From positions 1 to 41,169 of the IMG/VR virus record IMGVR_UViG_3300032219_002585: a stretch of 41,169 nucleotides of DNA. The stretch is one strand, 5' to 3'. The stretch comes from a virus. Taxonomy: Duplodnaviria; Caudoviricetes. The notes under the pieces were generated by a model. It was not told the DNA's origin. It saw only the letters and a list, made by a program, of their open reading frames with translations, and did not search any database. Shown here in pieces: positions 10,494-19,781 of this stretch (within the stretch, counting starts at the first letter, position 1; every line of letters starts with the position of its first letter). The position numbers and the translations under genes were made by a program.

Positions 10494-13400
10494 TGACAAC
10501 CTATTTTGTTGGTATTTTGCGCTTTCGGTCACTGCTTTAATTCTCAATTCTTCGATTCTGGGATCTCCTTGAGGTAAAGTATTTTTAGCCTCTATATAAG
10601 AAGCATACGCGATTTCAGATTCTTTTTTCAATGATTCAGCTTTCTCAATATTTTCTACCTGTTGCTCAGCATTTAATCTTGCTATGCTAGATTGTAATCT
10701 TGCGTTTGAGGCACTGCGGTCTTGAGAAGAAACAGAATAATTTGGTGGAGGGATACTGGGATCATTCAGTGAGCTAGCTGTTGTTGCATCCAAACTTGCT
10801 CTGTCATTGGTATTTTCTGCTACCTGTGGCATTTTTATATTTGAATTTCCACCTGATCCAATTGAGCTAATTGCGGATTGTAATTGAGCCGATGATCCTG
10901 CGGATAAACCCTGTAGTGCGGTTTGTGCTAGATTGCCCTTGTTGGGTAAGCTACCCAAAATTTGAGCAGCACTACTAAGCCCACCAATTATTAATCCCTT
11001 TATATTTTCACCATTAACGGACGGTACATTATTGGTGGTAGAAGTTGATAGGTTCTTTACTTCATTTGAGGTCCCTGCCACACTGGCTGAATTTTTTGCT
11101 ACCAAATTTCCTGAAGAATCAACCATCGCGTCAATTGCTTGCTGGCCGCCTGGTAAATTATTTACCCCACTACCATTTCTCGCACCATTACCCAGTTGAT
11201 TCAATGTTATACCAGGTACCTTAGCTGCTAAATTATTGGCAGAGGTAGAAGTTCTTTCGGTCGATGCGTTCTTTTTGACCTCGTCCAGTGTATCTACTGG
11301 AACATTGGCAGCAAACGATTTAAAAGACGCAGTAATTGCTTTAAAGGCAGACTCCGACACAGACTTTGCGCTGTCTATTATGCCCTGTAATCCAGAAGAG
11401 TTTTTAATTCCTGATAATGACGTAGATATAGAAGACAGTCCACCAGTAACTTTATCAGTCAAATTTGCTGCCATATTGCCAGCAGAAATTGAATTAGCTA
11501 AATTGCTTCCTATACCCAATACATTTTTAACAGCAGTAAATCTATTCTGAAGATCACCTACGACATTTCCTGAAATAGATTTCATAACACCCACTACTTG
11601 AGTGACACCCACCTGAACTCCTGCTAATATTGTTCCCCCTATTTGATTTGGGGATTCGTTGCCTGTCATTACTCCCGCGGCTTGTAACGAAGTCTGAGTT
11701 TTTTGTAGGGCAGTAACTTGCGCGTCAGTTTGGGCTGATGAGTTGTTAATGAATTCGGATAAGTTTGATATCCCACGCTTATTAGTAAAAAACGCTGGAT
11801 CGAATGCTTTATCCGGGGGCATTCCTGATTTTATATTAGCCATGATTTTTTCAGCAGTGCCTGGCTTCAGATATTCACCATCTTCCATTCGTTTGGGAGA
11901 CATCGCAAAATTTCCTATGTATACGATTGATGACCCAGAATCCTGAACTACGGCTGTGCCTGTGTTTACTGCCTGTGCACCTGGTCCAGTAGCAGCAATT
12001 ACAGCTTGTGCTGATAGCAATCCTGATGTAGTATTTTTATCTATACCATTACTGACCGGTATTGAGGGAGGGACAGTAGATATGGTAGTTACCGTAGGAC
12101 CAGGCGAGGTATTTGTTGCGGCGGAAGAATTTGCTACTGCTATGGCATCAGATGCGGGCTTAGGTAAATTATCTTCAGCACTAAGTGTGGTTTTTACATT
12201 AACTCCCTGTCCTGCATTAGCCCAAGGAGCATGCGCTGGGGCACGACTAACTATACTTACCAATCTGCCAGGTGCCGCGGCGAAGCCCTTAACCGAGTCA
12301 TATAATGTATCAGTATGTGTAAATGTTTTTAATGCAGCTACTACTTCTGGTACCGTAGATGCCTTTCCAGTATTTAAATTTATTTTCGTACCATTAACAA
12401 ACATGGTGCCACCCGATGAGTAAGACCCCTCGCCCTCTGAGGACATGGCCATTGGACCATCGGCCTTAAATGTGTATTTTCCCATGGCATATCCCAAGAA
12501 GTCGGCCCCAGCTTTTACTTGTATATTTTTTTCACTATTAATTTTTATTGATTCGGCTTGAATACTTAGGTCTTTTTTTGCGTGGATATTGATATTATTA
12601 TCTGCGTGGAGATTTAGATCGCCCTGAGTTCTAACATTTACCGAGTTAGTAGAATACATATCTATTGTACCCTCCTTACCCAATTCAATCCAACTTTGAC
12701 CATTCGCGTGGATTATGTGTAGGCATTGCCCGCTATCGCTTAATAATATTTGGTGACCCAATGTGGTTCTAAGTCGTATTACTTTATCATTGCCTACTAT
12801 ATCACCATCATCCATGATAAAGGTATGCCCACCTCGCCTACCTATTATCTTTAATTTTTCGGGAGATTTTAAATCTAAATTATCAATAACAGTGTCGTCA
12901 GTAAATCCGCCTTCATATATTGGTCTTCCTGGAGTGCTTACACCAAACCCAACTCGGGATGGGGTTTCCCGCTGAGCATTCGTGGTTAAGGGGCCCCGTA
13001 TAGTGTCTCTTATTAATCCTTGCTGAGCGTAAACCGCAGCGGAATAGCTGTGTATTGGCTTATTTGCGGTCAAGAATTCTGCTGTTTGCGCTATTGAATT
13101 GTCTTTGGGATTTATATTAGTAACTGGTAGCAGTAGTGCGCCCCCATAGCTTTCTGCTTCTTTAACATTGGCAATAATCTTGTTACTTGCTCCTATGGCA
13201 GGAACCATATGTAAGGCGTCTGGGTCAGGGACGCACCCAATCCAAAAGCCAAAATTAGGATCACCATTAATAAAAATACAAATTACTGTGGTTCCTATAT
13301 CGGGTGGACTTGTCCACATGCCATACGAGTGGGGGTTGTTTTTGTAGTTACCATAACCTGTATTAGGTGGATTGCCATTTGTCCTACCATAAAACGGAGT

Positions 13401-13604
13401 CATATAACTAACCGTTACCCAACTACTGGAATTATCAGGTTGGCTTCCTGAAAAGTCTGATATATACACCCGCAATCTACCTGATCTGATGGGATCTATA
13501 TTGTCCTTAACTACAGCAAACACGGGAACGGTGCGTATATTGGCATCACCAGAATCTGGTCTACTGGCCTTTGTAGAACCCCTAGGTTTAAAAAAGTCTT
13601 CCAT
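10491..13604 (-). CDS. gp5: Baseplate central spike, gp5/VgrG-like, with long C-terminal extension (1037 aa)
   Basis: OB-fold start (VVKDNIDPIRSGRLRVYI...PPDIGTTVICIFINGDPNFGFWIG), beta-helix-like region (GHTFIMDDG...GHQILLSDS...DLNLHADNNINIHA), then PAHAPW and a Ser/Ala/Gly/Asn-rich tail. Confidence 0.8.
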   Translation of the reverse strand: MEDFFKPRGSTKASRPDSGDANIRTVPVFAVVKDNIDPIRSGRLRVYISDFSGSQPDNSSSWVTVSYMTPFYGRTNGNPPNTGYGNYKNNPHSYGMWTSPPDIGTTVICIFINGDPNFGFWIGCVPDPDALHMVPAIGASNKIIANVKEAESYGGALLLPVTNINPKDNSIAQTAEFLTANKPIHSYSAAVYAQQGLIRDTIRGPLTTNAQRETPSRVGFGVSTPGRPIYEGGFTDDTVIDNLDLKSPEKLKIIGRRGGHTFIMDDGDIVGNDKVIRLRTTLGHQILLSDSGQCLHIIHANGQSWIELGKEGTIDMYSTNSVNVRTQGDLNLHADNNINIHAKKDLSIQAESIKINSEKNIQVKAGADFLGYAMGKYTFKADGPMAMSSEGEGSYSSGGTMFVNGTKINLNTGKASTVPEVVAALKTFTHTDTLYDSVKGFAAAPGRLVSIVSRAPAHAPWANAGQGVNVKTTLSAEDNLPKPASDAIAVANSSAATNTSPGPTVTTISTVPPSIPVSNGIDKNTTSGLLSAQAVIAATGPGAQAVNTGTAVVQDSGSSIVYIGNFAMSPKRMEDGEYLKPGTAEKIMANIKSGMPPDKAFDPAFFTNKRGISNLSEFINNSSAQTDAQVTALQKTQTSLQAAGVMTGNESPNQIGGTILAGVQVGVTQVVGVMKSISGNVVGDLQNRFTAVKNVLGIGSNLANSISAGNMAANLTDKVTGGLSSISTSLSGIKNSSGLQGIIDSAKSVSESAFKAITASFKSFAANVPVDTLDEVKKNASTERTSTSANNLAAKVPGITLNQLGNGARNGSGVNNLPGGQQAIDAMVDSSGNLVAKNSASVAGTSNEVKNLSTSTTNNVPSVNGENIKGLIIGGLSSAAQILGSLPNKGNLAQTALQGLSAGSSAQLQSAISSIGSGGNSNIKMPQVAENTNDRASLDATTASSLNDPSIPPPNYSVSSQDRSASNARLQSSIARLNAEQQVENIEKAESLKKESEIAYASYIEAKNTLPQGDPRIEELRIKAVTESAKYQQNRLS

Positions 13605-13606
13605 TA

Positions 13607-15919
13607 TTATGCTCCTGTCCAGTAGTTTCCAAACGGATTATTATCTGAGTCATCGTCCCTAACTGGATTGGGGTTAGTAGACGTCGTGGGTACTGGCCTT
13701 GACGCTCTGATAGCGTCGCCTGTCAATTGTGTGTTACTTTTTGCTGGAACTGTTCGTTGATTAGTACTAGCGGTAGTTGTTTGTGTAACTGCGGGTGTTG
13801 CGGGAGTAATTGGCGATACCACTACGCGCGATGAAGCTGTGGTAGAAGATCTAGACAATCGCGCAACCTCTGCTGAGTTTTGATTATCGGCTGTTTCTAA
13901 GGATTCTCTTCTCATAGGCAAGGTAGCAATATTACAATCCAAGTCTTGGGTAAACTTACCTCTAGAAAAATTACTTGTTACTTGTGTAACTAAATATACG
14001 ACACCTTTTATCTTATCCGCTACATCTTTGGGATAGTCCCATAACAATATTTTGTCATTTACCTCTAACAATCCAGTAGCATTATCATAATCCCTTGCCT
14101 CATTAAACGAGATTTCAACGAATACTTGACCACCACTGGCATTGATAGTAGATCCTGGACCATAAAATTGATTATATACTTTTGATACGCTATTTGGTGT
14201 TTCTTGTATTAAAAAATCAGGATCCCCTAGTATAGATATCTTAGCCGTTGCTATTGCCGCAGGATCATACAAAGAAGTTCTGGTTGCATTTGCGGTTTCT
14301 CTGTTAACATTAGGATCGCCAGGTCTACTTTCATTCTGCCTTTTATTGAATGCCACAGTAGATTGCCCATCTTGGGTAGCAGTATTTTGATTACTAGCTT
14401 CTGGATCCTTTTTATCTTGCACCGTAAAGTAAGTGTTATTAAAGGTTTGTTCATAATTTATTATTTCACTATTCTGCCCCGTGAAATAATAATCATACCG
14501 TTTGCGAGGTCCATAGTATTTTGTAGTCTTTGGTATAAACGCTGCTCTAATTACGGGGGTTTTATAGGGAGTTATAATATATTTTATATCATACGAATAA
14601 TCAGTCCTTGCCTCATCAAATTCTTTTACTTTTACTTCAGCACTTATATGATACCAACTTAGCTCTGTATTTTGTAATTGGGTGACTTCATTCTCGTTAC
14701 CTATATTTTGGTTTGCTTGTAAATTTGCCTTGCGAATCACACTAAGAGCATTAGTCAAATAGTTACTTTGAGAAATAATGTCTTCAATTGCCTGTAAAAT
14801 AGAAGTATCATTTTTAAGTTTGAACTGTCGGGTCACTAAGTTAGGTACGTTTGTTAATGACGTCGCTTCATTTACTTGCCCAATGTTTTCTGATATAGAC
14901 ATTGCTGATTTAATTTTACTCATATCTGCTTCGCTATAAAACTCCGCTTTTTGTAACGTTTCGATCTCATCACCATTACCTATAAATGCTACGCTGTATG
15001 TATTATCAATGTTTGCGTTTTTCGCTGTACTAGTTAAATTTTTCATCAGACTAGATAAAGCTTGATCTACGTTACTTGCGGATATTTCAACATTATTATC
15101 TATTCTACCGTGTTTAATACTAAACCCCACGTTTGAGCTAATGACATTGGCAGATATATTATATACAGTTGATCTACCATCTAACTTAAAATTCATTTTA
15201 GTAAGTTGGATATCATAAAATTGTTCATACAACTCACTTGATGGGACATCGGTGCTATTAATAGCTGATGATGGCTTAATTATATTTCCTTCAGAATCGT
15301 ATCCCATAAACCTAATGCCCAAAACAAAAAACTGTTTTATCGCATTATTAAGGCTACTGTATCCAGCAATGCCCGACTTAGTTTTTTTTATGGTGTCTGA
15401 TGCCAATTTTAATTGGGTAATCAACGAGAAACCATAAGGTTCTATTATTTTGAAATTTATTTCAGTAACTCCGGTTGCAGACTTAGTGGCGGGACCAGTC
15501 AGCATACTCCTAATCCTCAAGTCGTCTATGAAATAGTCTAAATCTAAATAAGGAGACCGATTTTCAATTTTGTTGACCCCTCCACTCTGAGCAACGATAT
15601 AAACACCATTATTCTGTTGAGTATTTCTTGAGTTCAATGTTTGAACTGGCCCTATAGCATTTATATTGGTCCTGCCTGATTCCACAAAGGCATTATAAGC
15701 ACCGGGACTTATCATATACAATGATAGTTGATATGTGTAACTTGAATATTTACCCAAGGGGTTGCGTAGTCTATCATCTATCGTAGTTGATTTATTACTA
15801 GAATTATTACCCGGGTTAGGCGGTTGAACACGGTCTTCATCTGCACCATTTAAATTAATATATTGGCGGTTTTGTTCCGAAGTAATTACACTTTCGGGTA
15901 AATTGGGTTCAGTTGCCAT
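13607..15919 (-). CDS. Putative baseplate hub protein (gp27-like position), 770 aa
   Basis: Lies between the gp53-like and gp5-like genes; INFKIIEPYG, AKISILGDP and GVVYLVTQVTSNFSRGKFTQDL resemble hub proteins of contractile tails. Confidence 0.6.
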   Translation of the reverse strand: MATEPNLPESVITSEQNRQYINLNGADEDRVQPPNPGNNSSNKSTTIDDRLRNPLGKYSSYTYQLSLYMISPGAYNAFVESGRTNINAIGPVQTLNSRNTQQNNGVYIVAQSGGVNKIENRSPYLDLDYFIDDLRIRSMLTGPATKSATGVTEINFKIIEPYGFSLITQLKLASDTIKKTKSGIAGYSSLNNAIKQFFVLGIRFMGYDSEGNIIKPSSAINSTDVPSSELYEQFYDIQLTKMNFKLDGRSTVYNISANVISSNVGFSIKHGRIDNNVEISASNVDQALSSLMKNLTSTAKNANIDNTYSVAFIGNGDEIETLQKAEFYSEADMSKIKSAMSISENIGQVNEATSLTNVPNLVTRQFKLKNDTSILQAIEDIISQSNYLTNALSVIRKANLQANQNIGNENEVTQLQNTELSWYHISAEVKVKEFDEARTDYSYDIKYIITPYKTPVIRAAFIPKTTKYYGPRKRYDYYFTGQNSEIINYEQTFNNTYFTVQDKKDPEASNQNTATQDGQSTVAFNKRQNESRPGDPNVNRETANATRTSLYDPAAIATAKISILGDPDFLIQETPNSVSKVYNQFYGPGSTINASGGQVFVEISFNEARDYDNATGLLEVNDKILLWDYPKDVADKIKGVVYLVTQVTSNFSRGKFTQDLDCNIATLPMRRESLETADNQNSAEVARLSRSSTTASSRVVVSPITPATPAVTQTTTASTNQRTVPAKSNTQLTGDAIRASRPVPTTSTNPNPVRDDDSDNNPFGNYWTGA

Positions 15920-15920
15920 A

Positions 15921-16232
15921 TTATAGTCCTAATGCTCTAACTAATGTATCTTGTTTTGGTATGTATATTCCCAGCCCCGCTACAAAATCAAAATATGGAT
16001 CCTTCAATCTATTGGGATTTCGTTGAGCAAATACCCACCATAATTTGGGGTCGCTGTATAAGTCGTATGCTAGCAAATCAGGCCGGTATTCATGGACTTT
16101 TGAAATTTCCCAATAGATATCAGAATCTAACATGGGTATTGGTCTATTTGTCATTATGTCTAAGTATTTACCGGCTGTTATCTCTGTATAAAGATAAGGA
16201 CTAGAAGATCCATAAATTTTATTTGATGTCAT
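15921..16232 (-). CDS. gp53: Baseplate wedge protein, gp53/LysM-like
   Basis: YRPDLLAYDLYSDPKLWWVFAQRN...GIYIP motif. Start placed at ATG 16232, which overlaps the upstream stop (TAATG). Confidence 0.8.
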   Translation of the reverse strand: MTSNKIYGSSSPYLYTEITAGKYLDIMTNRPIPMLDSDIYWEISKVHEYRPDLLAYDLYSDPKLWWVFAQRNPNRLKDPYFDFVAGLGIYIPKQDTLVRALGL

Positions 16233-17761
16233 TACCAAATTCCTCCATTCTTGCCATTTTTACCACGATATATTTTACCAGAGGCGTAATCTCGCACACT
16301 AAAATTCTTACTTATATCATTTCGGGTGACTATAGGTAAAGCTTGTAATTGTATCATCATTTTAGTGGGAACGTAAGTAGGTTCAATATTTGTACCCACT
16401 GCGGTTTTCCATTGAGGGGGACCTTGAATTCCACCAGCTTTTAATACATTGGGTAATCTAACACTGCTGGCCGAAGAGTTGCTATTTGCTTGGCTCCCTC
16501 CAGGTTGTGGCATCGTTTTTTCATAATTTGATGCTCTGATATAGTCTACTCCATCGGGTAGGGTAAAATTAAAATTGGTAATCACTAAGGGATGTTTATC
16601 AAATTGAAATGCTCCCATGCCAGTCAGATAACATAATGGGGGAGGAGTTCCTGGCTTGGGATTTTGATCCGCACCATAAAACATTTTAGTTACTGACCTA
16701 AAAAAGTGTATGACTGCCAATAAATAATTTGCTTCTCCAGTATCCTGTGCGGTAAAATCGCAATTTATACTTATACTATCCACTCCACTTTGTTTATAAC
16801 TGAATATTTTATAGTTACTGTGCGCCACATCAGTCGAGTCATAGCTAGCGGTATAGTTTACACTTATAGTGGGGACATAAGGGAAAATAACGCCATTGGT
16901 ATTTTTAAGCGGTGCTAGAATACCTGGTTCAGCCGAATTATATAAATATCCGCCTTTTTCCGTGGCCAGTGATAATCTAACTCTCCAATCTGACAGTGTA
17001 TTTTTATTTGCCGTGTCCTGTGCTGATTGTGCGGCCCCAGTGAGATTGCTAATTAATGATAGCCCTTGATTTGTATTTTTATTCTGAATGAATCCAGGAA
17101 TATAATCTGGACTTACATATTGGTCGCCAAGCTCGCCCGCCTCCCATCCAGGATTTAAATTATTTAATTCGTCTCTAGAAGGACCATATGGATCTGTAAA
17201 TTTAGGGGAAGGGCTGGCAATATTTTGTATTATTACAGGTGCCGCTAATTCTATATCGTCTGGTATTACAACTGTGGTGGGTTGCAGGGGACCATCAATT
17301 ACTACTTCGAAATCTGGGTTACCAATTTCAGGAGTTGCTCTTACTGAACGATCAACTGTGGTTACCGTTGCCGTTTGAACTGGTTCTGGAATGGGTGGGG
17401 TTAGCTCATTATCTAATATCGAATTTGCTTGCTGTGTTAACTCATTGGCGGCGCTTTCATAACTTACGGTTTCGGTTGCCAGTGAATTTATTTTATTATT
17501 GGTTTGACTAATAGTTTGAGTCAACACAAGTTTTCTTTTCTCTAACATTATGATAGAGTTAGCAATTGCTTGTTGTCCCAAGGGCGTGGCGCCTGGAGAA
17601 GCCTGACCCAATGATACAATATCACTTTGAATTTTTCTCAATTCACTTTGCTGCTGTTGTAAAGTGATTTTTTCTTTGTCTAATTTAGCTTTGGCTGCCG
17701 TGGCTAATCCTTGCTGATTGGCAGCTTCTTTTCTTAGTTCATCGACGCTTTGTTGGGTCAT
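16232..17761 (-). CDS. Putative tail-tube initiator / baseplate protein with N-terminal coiled coil (509 aa)
   Basis: C-terminal half GVIFPYVPTISVNY...ISINCDFTAQ...HFFRSVTKMFYG...GTPPPLCYL...PLVITNFNF resembles tube-initiator proteins; sits directly upstream of the LysM gene. Confidence 0.6.
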   Translation of the reverse strand: MTQQSVDELRKEAANQQGLATAAKAKLDKEKITLQQQQSELRKIQSDIVSLGQASPGATPLGQQAIANSIIMLEKRKLVLTQTISQTNNKINSLATETVSYESAANELTQQANSILDNELTPPIPEPVQTATVTTVDRSVRATPEIGNPDFEVVIDGPLQPTTVVIPDDIELAAPVIIQNIASPSPKFTDPYGPSRDELNNLNPGWEAGELGDQYVSPDYIPGFIQNKNTNQGLSLISNLTGAAQSAQDTANKNTLSDWRVRLSLATEKGGYLYNSAEPGILAPLKNTNGVIFPYVPTISVNYTASYDSTDVAHSNYKIFSYKQSGVDSISINCDFTAQDTGEANYLLAVIHFFRSVTKMFYGADQNPKPGTPPPLCYLTGMGAFQFDKHPLVITNFNFTLPDGVDYIRASNYEKTMPQPGGSQANSNSSASSVRLPNVLKAGGIQGPPQWKTAVGTNIEPTYVPTKMMIQLQALPIVTRNDISKNFSVRDYASGKIYRGKNGKNGGIW

Positions 17762-17772
17762 GTAGTCTTCCG

Positions 17773-17798
17773 GCTAAATAGTACTATCTGTATTTAGC
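17773..17798. promoter_or_regulatory. Inverted pair of late promoters (GCTAAATA-N10-TATTTAGC)
   Basis: TAAATA at 17775-17780 (+, toward the sigma gene) and 17791-17796 (-, toward the tail operon); 8-bp perfect inverted repeat. Confidence 0.7.
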
Positions 17799-17846
17799 TT
17801 TTAAAAAAGTACCCAAAATCATCCTTAACCGTCATTCGCCTAAGTA

Positions 17847-17875
17847 TTGACAAATGTAGTATATCATTGTATAAT
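17847..17875 (+). promoter_or_regulatory. Consensus sigma70-type promoter for the late sigma factor gene
   Basis: TTGACA (17847-52), 17 nt spacer, TATAAT (17870-75); AAGGA ribosome-binding site before ATG 17901. Confidence 0.9.
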
Positions 17876-17900
17876 ATAACCATAAAGGAAACTAAACCAC

Positions 17901-19778
17901 ATGTCATTATTAGCCCCAAGTAAACCAAAAAATTATTTGAATAACAAAGATATACTCAAAGAAATTCACGAAAGTAAAAATACTTATTGCTCATATGTGG
18001 ATTCTACCTCGCATAGGTATGACTTTATCGTGGACTTGCCCCAAGAACCAGTTGAAAAGGGGCTTCAATATGCGGGGAAATCTGAAACTTTATTAGAAGC
18101 AAGAGAAAATAGGGCCAACAGGATTAATCAAGAGACCAACCAAAAACTAACAGCAGATGATATTCCGGTCACTGATTTAGTATTCAGAATAATGACATGG
18201 GATCATATTCCCGTAGCACCCAAACAACCAAGAAAAGTTACCAAAAAGAAAACAGCGAAAGATATTTTTGAGTTTGATAATGATACTGACGAAGCCTTTT
18301 CAGATTTAGAAGATGTTTCAACTAGAGATGAAATAGACGATATGGTGCATGTCAAAGTCAACTTCCCACCATTCCAACATTTTAAAATTGATGATAATAA
18401 TACTTTCTATTGTATTGGCAAGTCACATTGGTTGGGCGATTTAGAGACGGGCGAGTTTTCAAAAGACCATGGCAATATAACTAATAAACTAGCAAAAATG
18501 TACATGATGCTATGTGAAAAATATGCCATGAAATATAATTGGCGTGGGTATTGTGTCGATGCCGAAACTCAAGCATTGACTGATACTGGCTGGGTCGATA
18601 TTAATTCTATCACCACAAATCATACTATATTAAGCTATAATGGTACTAATCTAGCCTGGAGCGCAGTTAAATCAATTTATCGAGGAGACTTTTCTGGTAA
18701 AATGTTCAAGCTGTCATCCCGTGGAATTGATTCACTGATCACCCCAGGCCACAAAATTGTAACTAAAAACGGATTAGTGCCAATTGAATTATTAAAGCAA
18801 TCAGACCAAGTTATAATCATGGCAGACTCCGTTGATGCTCCATCGCCCATCTATTCAGATAATTTAGTTGAACTGGTGGGATGGATTGTCGCTAATGGGC
18901 AATACGATCTGGATCAGTCTGGGATTAAGTCTATTACCATATACCAAAATCCTGGCGTTAAGGCTGACCGAATTAGAAATTGCCTTCAGCGGCTGGAGCT
19001 AAAATTTACTGAGGTCGCAGATAAAAACATCGCCTTCAGAATCGAGGAATCAGACAGCCAACATATTACCAAACTTATACCTAATAAAAATCTGACTATG
19101 GAATTTATTCTATCCCTGTCACAAGGGCAAAAGATTCTTCTGGTAGAAAATATGATAGATGGTGCCGGATGGCGACGTTGCGGGCGCCGCGGTTATACCG
19201 AGAAATCTCTATCTGGAATAGAAATGTTTCAGGCTCTATGTACTTTGTCTGGCATTAGGACTAGCACAGAGCCTGTAACAAATAGTATAAATTATGGAAA
19301 GTCAGTCGAATATTATAACGTGAATTTATATCATGATCGAGGGAATACCGCGCGCGGAGAATACATTGACCTTCACGGCGGTAAAAATTCTGGAAAATCC
19401 CATCCAGGCTTGGGTAAAATTACTCACCCCAACATACCAACTGAGCCATATGTTGGAAAAGTTTGGTGCCCAGAAACTGAATTTGGTTGTTTTATGGCGA
19501 AACGAAATGGTAAAATTTACCTTACAGGAAATACCTACAATGACGAAATGAAGGCTAGCGCTATTCTTCAACTTACATATGTAGGGTTACGCTTTAACGA
19601 GGCAAAGAGCGCTAATCCATTCGCCTACTACACTGCGGCGATTACTAATTCTTTTTGTCGAGTGCTAAATACTGAAAAGAAAAATCAAAACATTCGTGAC
19701 GATATATTAGAAATGAACAACCTAGCTCCCTCGTGGTCTAGACAAGGTACTGGGGGTTCAGGTACATATGATGAGTGA
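17901..19778 (+). CDS. gp55: Late-transcription sigma factor, T4 gp55-like, intein-containing (625 aa precursor, about 298 aa mature)
   Basis: NYLNNKDILKEI at the N-terminus. After removing the intein: KYNWRGY|TYNDEM...RFNEAKSANPFAYYTAAITNSFCRVLNTEKK, the gp55 signature. Confidence 0.88.
   Translation: MSLLAPSKPKNYLNNKDILKEIHESKNTYCSYVDSTSHRYDFIVDLPQEPVEKGLQYAGKSETLLEARENRANRINQETNQKLTADDIPVTDLVFRIMTWDHIPVAPKQPRKVTKKKTAKDIFEFDNDTDEAFSDLEDVSTRDEIDDMVHVKVNFPPFQHFKIDDNNTFYCIGKSHWLGDLETGEFSKDHGNITNKLAKMYMMLCEKYAMKYNWRGYCVDAETQALTDTGWVDINSITTNHTILSYNGTNLAWSAVKSIYRGDFSGKMFKLSSRGIDSLITPGHKIVTKNGLVPIELLKQSDQVIIMADSVDAPSPIYSDNLVELVGWIVANGQYDLDQSGIKSITIYQNPGVKADRIRNCLQRLELKFTEVADKNIAFRIEESDSQHITKLIPNKNLTMEFILSLSQGQKILLVENMIDGAGWRRCGRRGYTEKSLSGIEMFQALCTLSGIRTSTEPVTNSINYGKSVEYYNVNLYHDRGNTARGEYIDLHGGKNSGKSHPGLGKITHPNIPTEPYVGKVWCPETEFGCFMAKRNGKIYLTGNTYNDEMKASAILQLTYVGLRFNEAKSANPFAYYTAAITNSFCRVLNTEKKNQNIRDDILEMNNLAPSWSRQGTGGSGTYDE
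18552..19532 (+). mobile_element. Intein (327 aa, Cys218-Asn544) with degenerate LAGLIDADG domain
   Basis: Block A CVDAETQALTDTGW, block B LITPGHKIV (TxxH), block F KVWCPETEFGCF, terminal TGN followed by +1 Thr; LAGLIDADG-like blocks LVGWIVANG and VENMIDGAG. Confidence 0.92.
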
Positions 19779-19781
19779 TTA

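Noticed and set aside
689-17511. Short plus-strand ORFs over the tail cluster
   Set aside because: They are antisense shadows of long, well-supported minus-strand genes.
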